Source: a virus (Duplodnaviria > Caudoviricetes). Taken from it: DNA of 53,948 bases. The stretch is from positions 1 to 53,948 of the IMG/VR virus record IMGVR_UViG_3300037722_000592. One strand, 5' to 3'. Of this stretch, positions 47,832 through 53,948 are shown in pieces. A program made the position numbers and the translations under genes. The notes beneath the pieces were generated by a model. The model worked only from the letters and a program-made list of their open reading frames with translations, was not told the origin of the DNA and ran no database searches. The number at the start of each line of letters is the position of its first letter. Position 1 is the first letter of the stretch.

Positions 47832-48812
47832 TTAAAACATTTTTTGGACGCAGCCAACTGCTTGGTTTTTGGCTTCCGGTTTAGGGGCCGAGGCGGGGGT
47901 ATCGTCTTCCCAGGCTGGGCAGCCCGCCCGTTTTTCGCACTGCTGGTTACAGAAAGAATCGAACATGGATGACCCGTCTTCATGGCGCGGACACTTGCGG
48001 CTGGCTTCGGCTTCCTGCTCTTCCTCTTTACCGGCGGGAATAACAATGATTTCATGGCCGGCCTCGCTGATCTGCTCGGCTAGATGCCTCTCCGGGGTCT
48101 GCTCGTCGGCCTCCAGAGCCTTGGAGATGGCGCCGGACTGTTCAATCGACACTACTCCGTAGGTGCCGAGGAGCTGGAGGAGCATGGTTTTGATCGCCAT
48201 TTTGTCGGGTTCCGTGGTCCATGGCGATTTATTGCTACCGTAGGATTTACTGTATTTTTCGGCGTGGGCCACAACCTCAGCCGTCGAACCATATACGGTT
48301 TTTTTGAAGCCGGTGGCGGTTTCCATGTGCGCGAAATAACCAATAATCACGTCGCTTTTCCGCTTCCCGGACAGGTCGATCTCGCCGGTCAGTTTATCCT
48401 GGGATACCAGTTCGCCTTCATAGACAATATCGGCGTTCAGATAGCGGTAGAGGCCGGTCCTGATCGCCAGCTGAATCCAGCCCTTGTAACCGATCTGAAA
48501 CGTGGGGACCATTTTGCTTTCCCATTTATTACCGACCTTTTTGTTCTCCTTGTACGGCACAATCCAAGCAAAACCCAAAGATTTGTTGATCGGTAGCTTT
48601 AGGGTGGCGGCGCTTAGGGCCACCGCCACCACCTCGGAGGGGTCGCATTCTTGGAGGGCCTGGTTCGACCGGTACAAATCGAGAATGCTGCTGACGAACA
48701 GATCCGAGTGTTTATTTAGGGCTTTCTGAAACTGAGCCCGGACAATAGGGTTGTCGGTGAGCCGGGCCATCTTCTGGACCGGGGTTAACTGCATGTCCTT
48801 TTGGTCTGCCAT
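47832..48812 (-). CDS. recT: RecT-family single-strand annealing protein
   Basis: AATLKLP....LG.AWIVPY, FQIGYKG.IQLA.RTG, VYEGE, SPW.....MA.KT. Confidence 0.92.
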   Translation of the reverse strand: MADQKDMQLTPVQKMARLTDNPIVRAQFQKALNKHSDLFVSSILDLYRSNQALQECDPSEVVAVALSAATLKLPINKSLGFAWIVPYKENKKVGNKWESKMVPTFQIGYKGWIQLAIRTGLYRYLNADIVYEGELVSQDKLTGEIDLSGKRKSDVIIGYFAHMETATGFKKTVYGSTAEVVAHAEKYSKSYGSNKSPWTTEPDKMAIKTMLLQLLGTYGVVSIEQSGAISKALEADEQTPERHLAEQISEAGHEIIVIPAGKEEEQEAEASRKCPRHEDGSSMFDSFCNQQCEKRAGCPAWEDDTPASAPKPEAKNQAVGCVQKMF

Positions 48813-48816
48813 GGCA

Positions 48817-50763
48817 TTATCCTTTACTGAAAGTTAATTTTTTGTCCTTGCTGACCACCAGCTTGATCAGCTGGGTGTTCGGCGAGGCCAGTTGGTTGAC
48901 GCTTTCGGCCCGGTCAACGATGACCGGTAGCCGGACCCCGTAATATTCGGACAGGGTGCGGATAATCTGTAGCCCGGTATTAATTCTGGCGGCGGTGTTG
49001 GCGCTCTCGTAGGGTACGCCGGTGATCAGGACATCGCAACAGGGCACCAGGCCGCCGTTGATGTTCTCCTTGAACAGCTTGAATTTAATCCCCGGGAATC
49101 TTTGCTGAATACTCTCGTCGAGCATAGCCACCTTGGCCCGCACAAATTCTTCCATCAGGAAAATATCAGCCTCGGCCGCTTCAACCTCTTGGGCCAGCCG
49201 CTTCTCTTCCTCCCGGAGTTCATCGTTTCGGGTGTTGAGCTTGTGGTGCTCGTCGACCAGATCCATGCTTGCCTGCAATCCGCTCTTCTCGGCCCGCAGC
49301 GCTTCCAGTTCGTCGGTCAGCTTCTGGCGAAGCGCAGAGTTGTCGCCGCCCGCCTCGGCCGCTTCGATCTCGGCCATGAGCTTGGCACGTTCCGCAACCG
49401 CTTCAACGTAGCCCGCAATATCTTCCGGCTTGGCGGCGGCCCCCAGCATAGCGGAGATCTCTTGGGACGCTGCTTCAATTTTCTGGCTGAACCCGTCAAC
49501 CTCAACCTGCGCGGCCCTCAGCCCTTCTTCCAGGCCTTTAAGTTCCAGGTCAATTTTGGAGAGACGGGTCTTCATTTCGACCCCGGCCTCGTTGATCTCC
49601 TGGAGACTCCGGCTGCGCTGGCTCTCGAAAACCGAGATTTGGAGTTCGTCTGGGATAACCTGGGTGCAGCTGTCGCAGGTCAAGCCGGAGGTTACCCCCC
49701 GCGGTATCGAAGAAAGCGTATCGAAATCCTGGCTGAGCTGAGCCCGCTTGTTTTGCAGAGTGCCTTGCTCGGCGAGCAGGCCGTCTCGCTGGCTTCCCAA
49801 TCCACTTTGCCGGTTTGTCGCGGTCTGTAAGTCGAACAGCAAGTTAGCTTTGCGGGTGCCCTTGGCGCGGATCGTATTGGCGCGAGCATCCTCGGCTTGG
49901 CGTTTAAACCCGGCGATCTTGTCATCAACCGCGGATAAATCGCTTTTGAGCGCGAAAGCGGCGCCGCCGGAATCGAGGCCGGCCACGGTCTGCCGCTTCC
50001 CGGCGACTTGGTTGTCGATTGCCACCATCGCCTGTGCGGTTTTTTTGGCATCGATTCCGGAGATGTCCGGCATCCGGCGGGAATTCTCGTCAATCCTGGT
50101 GGGAATCTCGTCAAGTTTTTCGTTGGTCTTGGTCCGCTCGCTCTTGCGGATCGCCATGAAGTCCTCCACCGCCTTGCCGTTCAGGATTGAGGGCAACCGG
50201 GCCAAGGCGCGGTTGGTTGCGATCACCTGGTCGTCGGAAACATTCTCGATTATGTCCAGTAAAACCTCCCGGCGCTTCTCCCACTTGACCCCTTCGGCGA
50301 AGTAGTCCGGCACGGTCAGCAACCGGAAAGTCTCTTCGCTGGCAATTTCGGCGATCTGCGCCTTGAATTTACCCGCCGTTGTGCCGACGCCGTTAATAAA
50401 GTATTCGGTGGTGTGGCCGGTGAAAACCTTCTGGGCCGCCCCACGTTTGCGGGTATGGATTTCCTTGTAAATTTTCTTCAGGACCAGTTCCGTCCCGTTC
50501 AAGAGGAAAACTCCCTCAACGGAATGGTCCAGGTGCCCGAGTTCATTTCCCTCGGCGTCCAGGGTTTTCAGTGCAAACTTGGCATCGCTGCGGCCTTGCA
50601 TATCTTTCCCGAACAACAGCCAGGTGATGCCGTCGCCGCAGGTGGTTTTACCTAGGCGATTGTCGCCGGCGATGGTGAAGTCCTCGCCTTCAGGCGTGAT
50701 CGTAATGGCTTTGAGACCCCGAAAATTTTCCAGGGTCAGTTTCTGTAATCTAAGCTGCTGCAT
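48817..50763 (-). CDS. SbcC/Rad50-like coiled-coil ATPase
   Basis: LENFRG, Walker A GDNRLGKTT, central CxxC hook, coiled coils, IVDRAES. Confidence 0.85.
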   Translation of the reverse strand: MQQLRLQKLTLENFRGLKAITITPEGEDFTIAGDNRLGKTTCGDGITWLLFGKDMQGRSDAKFALKTLDAEGNELGHLDHSVEGVFLLNGTELVLKKIYKEIHTRKRGAAQKVFTGHTTEYFINGVGTTAGKFKAQIAEIASEETFRLLTVPDYFAEGVKWEKRREVLLDIIENVSDDQVIATNRALARLPSILNGKAVEDFMAIRKSERTKTNEKLDEIPTRIDENSRRMPDISGIDAKKTAQAMVAIDNQVAGKRQTVAGLDSGGAAFALKSDLSAVDDKIAGFKRQAEDARANTIRAKGTRKANLLFDLQTATNRQSGLGSQRDGLLAEQGTLQNKRAQLSQDFDTLSSIPRGVTSGLTCDSCTQVIPDELQISVFESQRSRSLQEINEAGVEMKTRLSKIDLELKGLEEGLRAAQVEVDGFSQKIEAASQEISAMLGAAAKPEDIAGYVEAVAERAKLMAEIEAAEAGGDNSALRQKLTDELEALRAEKSGLQASMDLVDEHHKLNTRNDELREEEKRLAQEVEAAEADIFLMEEFVRAKVAMLDESIQQRFPGIKFKLFKENINGGLVPCCDVLITGVPYESANTAARINTGLQIIRTLSEYYGVRLPVIVDRAESVNQLASPNTQLIKLVVSKDKKLTFSKG

Positions 50764-50783
50764 GTTTTCCTCCTCGTCGAGAG

Positions 50784-50957
50784 TTACCGGATTTTCCCGG
50801 TGTGATACATTTTCCCTACAGCCTCGGCCCGCTGGGCGCTTTCGGCCAATAACGCCTGGCAGCAGCCGATAAAGCCGCCGACTACGATTAGGCCGAAACA
50901 GAGCCAGCAGATGATATCAAGAATGTGGTCAGTCAGATCCCGGTTTTTTCCTCCCAT
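50784..50957 (-). CDS. Small membrane protein
   Basis: AAGGAG RBS, one TM segment. Confidence 0.5.
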   Translation of the reverse strand: MGGKNRDLTDHILDIICWLCFGLIVVGGFIGCCQALLAESAQRAEAVGKMYHTGKIR

Positions 50958-51189
50958 GACACGCCTCTCCTTTTTTTTGCGCAGGTTCAACCCAGAACCC
51001 ATCTTTCTTGAGCTGTTGCACGATCCGGCCCGATTCCCCGAGGCCCGCCGGGCCGTAGATGTTCCCGCCAGTCCCGGCCGTGATATGACACGTGGTCTGG
51101 TAGTTGAACCCGTGTTTCTTCGCCCAGTACCGCAGGGTAAACCCGGAGCGGCGGATCTTTTTGCTGATCGGACTCAACGACCGGCTCAT
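50929..51189 (-). CDS. Ner/Cro-like HTH DNA-binding protein
   Basis: IRRSGFTLRYWAKKHGFNYQT; second gene of the leftward operon. Confidence 0.6.
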   Translation of the reverse strand: MSRSLSPISKKIRRSGFTLRYWAKKHGFNYQTTCHITAGTGGNIYGPAGLGESGRIVQQLKKDGFWVEPAQKKGEACHGRKKPGSD

Positions 51190-51190
51190 C

Positions 51191-51394
51191 TCAGCACCCC
51201 ACCCGATAGAAAAAGTTACATTTATCGCACCTGTATTCTAGATACGACGTCTCAGGGCGGGTTATTCTGAGCCGGTGCCCCTTCTTCTTGATGCAGTCCG
51301 TTACGAGCGGGGGGACATCTTCGCCCCAATCCGCCGAATCTCCTAAATCGATCTTCCTTTCCGGCTGTGTAGCCGGAGATGGTGTTTGTGGCAT
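51191..51394 (-). CDS. Small Cys-containing hypothetical protein
   Basis: GGAGG RBS; first gene after the leftward promoter. Confidence 0.6.
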   Translation of the reverse strand: MPQTPSPATQPERKIDLGDSADWGEDVPPLVTDCIKKKGHRLRITRPETSYLEYRCDKCNFFYRVGC

Positions 51395-51430
51395 AAGGCA
51401 CCTCCCGTAGAGTTTTAATAGATTGTGGGG

Positions 51431-51461
51431 TATTCTTACATAAAGAATAGGATGGTGTCAA
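51431..51461 (-). promoter_or_regulatory. Leftward sigma70 promoter overlapped by a palindromic operator candidate
   Basis: TTGACA (51461-56), 17 nt, TAAGAA(T); TATTCTT-n5-AAGAATA at 51431-49. Confidence 0.65.
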
Positions 51462-51483
51462 GCGACAATGCTAAATAAAGCTA

Positions 51484-51511
51484 TTTACATTTATCGCTGG
51501 TGTGGTAAGCT
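51484..51511 (+). promoter_or_regulatory. Rightward promoter driving the cassette array
   Basis: TTTACA (51484-89), 16 nt, TAAGCT (51506-11) with extended -10 TG. Confidence 0.6.
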
Positions 51512-51512
51512 G

Positions 51513-51643
51513 GCATTACGATAAAACTCAGAGGAAGCGGGAGAACTTGAAATGAGTGGAGTAGAAGTAGCAACGGGCGAACTGGTAAAAGATAAGATTG
51601 GTGGCGGAACGGCCCCGCTTTCCGCTGAAGTGACGGGTTGTGC
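51513..51643 (-). repeat. attC-like site 0 (131 bp, degenerate outer box)
   Basis: + strand GCATTAC-gataaa-ACT-CAGAGG-AAGCGGG...CCCGCTT-[T]-CCGCTG-[A]-AGT-gacgg-GTTGTGC. Confidence 0.7.
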
Positions 51644-51926
51644 CCTCCGGTGCTTGGCCGCATTGGGGCATGTCGAAGTGGCTAATCAAAGATGCGGGGC
51701 GAGATATAAAGACGGCCCACGGGTGCCTGGCCCTCAAAATCCGCCCGTATGGTGCGACCTCACCGCCGGGCACGACGGCCCGCATCGACACGCCAGCGGC
51801 CATCATTGGGTGACAATGGATCGCCTAGACCTGATAGAGGTGAAGCCGATACCAGCCCTCTGCGCTAAATGCGGGGTTCGGTGGCCATGCGCTGACGCGG
51901 AGAAGGTTTTTAATGCCCTTATTTAA
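51552..51926 (+). CDS. Cassette 0 gene, Cys/His-rich hypothetical protein
   Basis: GGGAG RBS and ATG inside attC0; C...GHDGPH and CAKCGVRWPC motifs. Confidence 0.65.
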   Translation: MSGVEVATGELVKDKIGGGTAPLSAEVTGCALRCLAALGHVEVANQRCGARYKDGPRVPGPQNPPVWCDLTAGHDGPHRHASGHHWVTMDRLDLIEVKPIPALCAKCGVRWPCADAEKVFNALI

Positions 51927-51927
51927 G

Positions 51928-52010
51928 GCATAACGGCCAGCCTAACCGGGCGGCCCAAGATTAATTTTTGCCGGATGCGTTGCTCGCTCCGGTTGAGGTA
52001 CTGGTTATGT
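51928..52010 (-). repeat. attC-like site 1 (83 bp)
   Basis: + strand GCATAAC-ggccag-CCT-AACCGG-GCG...CGC-[T]-CCGGTT-[G]-AGG-tactg-GTTATGT. Confidence 0.88.
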
Positions 52011-52228
52011 GGAAATTTTTCAAATGGGGGGCGAAAAACCACCCTGGAAATCCGATCTACTTGCTGGCGTTTGTTGGAGTGTGGCTGGCCGCCATGAAAA
52101 ATGCTGACATTAAAAGCGGTATTATTGCGGGCATTGTTGCTACGTGTATTTTGGTGTGCGCGTATGTCTTAACTAGTATTTCTGTTGGGAAGGCTAACAG
52201 AGGGTTGGTTGATGATTATTACACATAA
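52007..52228 (+). CDS. Cassette 1 gene, small two-TM membrane protein
   Basis: ATG within GTTATGT box (alternative in-frame TTG51968 in the attC loop); stop is the TAA of ACATAAC. Confidence 0.7.
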   Translation: MWKFFKWGAKNHPGNPIYLLAFVGVWLAAMKNADIKSGIIAGIVATCILVCAYVLTSISVGKANRGLVDDYYT

Positions 52229-52309
52229 CGACAGCAATAAGCCGCCCATATACGGCGGTGGATTAAGGCCGGATGCGTGGTAGGTCGGCCTTAATTGGCC
52301 TTGTTATGC
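52223..52309 (-). repeat. attC-like site 2 (87 bp)
   Basis: + strand ACATAAC-gacag-CAAT-AAG-CCG-CC...GG-[T]-CGG-[C]-CTT-[A]-ATTG-gcctt-GTTATGC. Confidence 0.85.
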
Positions 52310-52334
52310 CTTTAAATCAAATGAGGAGGCGGCT

Positions 52335-52583
52335 ATGTTTGGGAAGGTAAGCGAAGGGGTAAAGATGCTGGCGCAACATATGGTCGACCATCCTGAAGAT
52401 TGGATACAAGGCCAGTACCATTACTCAAATACCAAATCACGAGATATTAATATTTGGACTGCAAACGGTGATAGCCATATTGCTTTTGAAGGGAACAAAT
52501 GCCTGAACAAAGCAGAGCAGAAATACTTGGCAAATGCTATCAAAAAATCAATAGCCAAACGAGCTATAGCGGCTACAGCATAA
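52335..52583 (+). CDS. Cassette 2 gene, hypothetical protein
   Basis: GAGGAGG RBS; stop is the TAA of GCATAAC; AT-rich. Confidence 0.75.
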   Translation: MFGKVSEGVKMLAQHMVDHPEDWIQGQYHYSNTKSRDINIWTANGDSHIAFEGNKCLNKAEQKYLANAIKKSIAKRAIAATA

Positions 52584-52668
52584 CGGCTGGCATAACCAGC
52601 CGCGCCAATGAAGTGAAACCTGTATGCCGCCAGCGTTCTTGCGGTCTGCGTTAATGCCCTGGTTGGGC
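52578..52668 (-). repeat. attC-like site 3 (91 bp)
   Basis: + strand GCATAAC-ggctg-GCAT-AAC-CAG-CCGC...GCGG-[T]-CTG-[C]-GTT-[A]-ATGC-cctg-GTTGGGC. Confidence 0.88.
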
Positions 52669-52689
52669 TTTTAAATTAGGAGGAATAAA

Positions 52690-52872
52690 ATGTTCGGAAT
52701 CCTTAAAAACGTGACTAAGGCCATTGTTGGTGTCGCAACCATTCCGCTTGATGTTGCCGCCGATGTAGTGACCCTTGGCGGTGCTTGTAACGATAAGAAG
52801 AGGCCCTACACCGCTGAGAAAATTTCTTCCATTATGGAGAATTTGGGAAAGGCTGTTGACCCTGACGAATGA
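52690..52872 (+). CDS. Cassette 3 gene, small hypothetical protein
   Basis: AGGAGG RBS; MFGILK...P.DVAADVVTLGG. Confidence 0.75.
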   Translation: MFGILKNVTKAIVGVATIPLDVAADVVTLGGACNDKKRPYTAEKISSIMENLGKAVDPDE

Positions 52873-53945
52873 AACAGCCCAACGACCAGCATCACCGGAC
52901 GCGGCAACTGAACATGATGAAAAAAATCCCAAGCTTCCCGCGTTCCGGTGAATGCGCTTGTTACACGGTCCTTGACCTGTTCTCGGGGATAGGTGGGTTT
53001 TCTTTGGGCCTGACGAGGGCCGGATTCCGCACCACGGCGTTTTGCGAGATTGAAGAATACCCAAGGTCGATACTGCGTAAACACTGGCCGGATGTCCCGA
53101 TTTTTGAAGACGTGAGGAAACTACATGCCGCAGACCTGCCAGAGCCAGTTACCGTTATTTGCGGAGGCTACCCTTGCCAGCCGTTCAGTCTTGCCGGGCA
53201 GCGAAAGGGCAAGGACGATGACCGCCACCTCTGGCCGGAGATTGTGCGAATTATACGAGAACTGGATGCCACCACAGGAAAGCCCACTTGGTGCATTTTC
53301 GAGAATGTTGCTGGCCACGTCAGTATGGGCCTCGACCAGGTGCTTATTGACCTGGAAGCTGAAGGTTACGCCGCGTGGCCGTTTATTGTTCCAGCTTGCG
53401 CCGTCAATGCCCCCCACCGCAGAGACCGGGTGTGGATTGTTGCCCACCATGCGGGCCGGACTGACCGGCGACATAACCCCGGAGAGGTGCAACGACAAGA
53501 ACCGCAACCTGGAAAAGGCATTGGCGTTGATGTTGTTTCCGCCTCCACACGCCAGTTGCTCGACCGGGGCCGGGACTTCCGGGCGGCAGGGCGGAATGAA
53601 CTTGCAGACTGCCGTTGCTTTGTTGCCGACTCCGACGCAAAGCATGGTGACGTTCCAGGACTTCGAGCAGGCCAAATACCACAGCAGCAAGAGGCCGGAA
53701 TACAGCAAGATTCTTTTGCCGACCCCCAAAGCGAACAAGCCAGAAGGGTATTCGAGCCCTGGTTTTCGGCCAACCCTGAATCAGGTAGTGACCTGCGAGG
53801 ACAAGCCGGTGAGTGGATCACTCTGCCCGGAGTTCGTGCGCGAAATGATGGGCTACCCGGAAGGGTGGCTAGATTAAAGGCTTTGGGGAATGCCGTTGTC
53901 CCGCAAATCCCGGAGCTAATCGGACGGTGCATAAGGGCCGTGTAA
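52869..53945 (+). CDS. Cassette 4 gene, C5-cytosine DNA methyltransferase alpha chain (start 52869 or 52914/52917)
   Basis: Motifs I DLFSGIGG, IV GGYPCQ, VI FENV, VIII HRRDRVW, X LKALGNAV; no motif IX in this frame. Confidence 0.9.
   Translation: MKQPNDQHHRTRQLNMMKKIPSFPRSGECACYTVLDLFSGIGGFSLGLTRAGFRTTAFCEIEEYPRSILRKHWPDVPIFEDVRKLHAADLPEPVTVICGGYPCQPFSLAGQRKGKDDDRHLWPEIVRIIRELDATTGKPTWCIFENVAGHVSMGLDQVLIDLEAEGYAAWPFIVPACAVNAPHRRDRVWIVAHHAGRTDRRHNPGEVQRQEPQPGKGIGVDVVSASTRQLLDRGRDFRAAGRNELADCRCFVADSDAKHGDVPGLRAGQIPQQQEAGIQQDSFADPQSEQARRVFEPWFSANPESGSDLRGQAGEWITLPGVRARNDGLPGRVARLKALGNAVVPQIPELIGRCIRAV
52877..52966 (-). repeat. attC-like site 4 (90 bp)
   Basis: + strand GCCCAAC-gacca-GCAT-CACCGG-ACGCGG...CCGCGT-[T]-CCGGTG-[A]-ATGC-gctt-GTTACAC. 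Confidence 0.9.
53125..53877 (+). CDS. Nested +1-frame methyltransferase beta chain carrying motif IX
   Basis: GAGGA RBS at 53114-18; LLPTP repeats; C-terminal LCPEFVREMMGYPEGW. Confidence 0.75.
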   Translation: MPQTCQSQLPLFAEATLASRSVLPGSERARTMTATSGRRLCELYENWMPPQESPLGAFSRMLLATSVWASTRCLLTWKLKVTPRGRLLFQLAPSMPPTAETGCGLLPTMRAGLTGDITPERCNDKNRNLEKALALMLFPPPHASCSTGAGTSGRQGGMNLQTAVALLPTPTQSMVTFQDFEQAKYHSSKRPEYSKILLPTPKANKPEGYSSPGFRPTLNQVVTCEDKPVSGSLCPEFVREMMGYPEGWLD

Positions 53946-53948
53946 CGC
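53940..53948 (-). repeat. Start of attC-like site 5 (truncated by window end)
   Basis: GTGTAAC, exact complement of GTTACAC at 52960; contains the methyltransferase stop codon. Confidence 0.7.

Larger units (their letters stand above)
51513..53948 (-). mobile_element. Integron-like gene cassette array (CALIN-like within this window): five cassettes, attC sites on - strand convention, genes on + strand
   Basis: Five complete attC-type hairpins plus the start of a sixth, one between each pair of genes; R boxes complementary across each cassette. Confidence 0.88.

Noticed and set aside
51928-52966. Canonical integron orientation (gene followed by its own attC on the + strand)
   Set aside because: Stops do fall in TAAC boxes, but bulge position and spacer asymmetry match the canonical bottom strand, so the inverted reading fits better.
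53121-53932. Antisense ORFs within the methyltransferase gene
   Set aside because: No motifs or RBS; likely a by-product of two constrained + strand frames.
51513-53948. CRISPR array, REP elements or simple terminators as explanation of the intergenic hairpins
   Set aside because: The units are not sequence-identical, are separated by whole genes, lack T-tracts, and carry AAC/GTT boxes with conserved bulges; no cas genes are present.
1-53948. Phage integrase, IntI, CI repressor, attP or host flanking genes
   Set aside because: No tyrosine or serine recombinase, S24 peptidase motif or housekeeping gene was recognisable, so lifestyle and prophage boundaries cannot be called.

Overview
Near-complete genome of a GC-rich tailed phage or prophage with podovirus-like architecture. 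The + strand morphogenesis block (1-40.1 kb) runs terS, terL, portal, scaffold, N4-gp56-type capsid, adaptor/tail genes, ejection proteins, a 4984-aa polyvalent protein (InPase-like, DarB-like methyltransferase-helicase, zincin, LPD38), receptor-binding genes and a lysis cassette. A - strand early/middle operon (40.1-51.4 kb) encodes an SbcC-like ATPase, RecT, an MBL hydrolase, NinB-like, split RdgC, Ref-like, a replication initiator with an internal iteron ori, RusA and DUF5131. The main finding lies right of a divergent promoter pair at ~51.45 kb: an integron-like array of five gene cassettes bounded by attC-type hairpins (five complete, a sixth cut by the window end). The hairpins are inverted relative to the genes, several carry the start codon of their own cassette gene, and the R boxes match across each cassette as expected after shuffling. 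No integron integrase, phage integrase or CI repressor is visible in the window. The last cassette encodes a two-frame (M.EcoHK31I-like) C5 methyltransferase, and the giant gene contains an overprinted gene with its own promoter and RBS. All calls come from manual motif reading; no database search was run.
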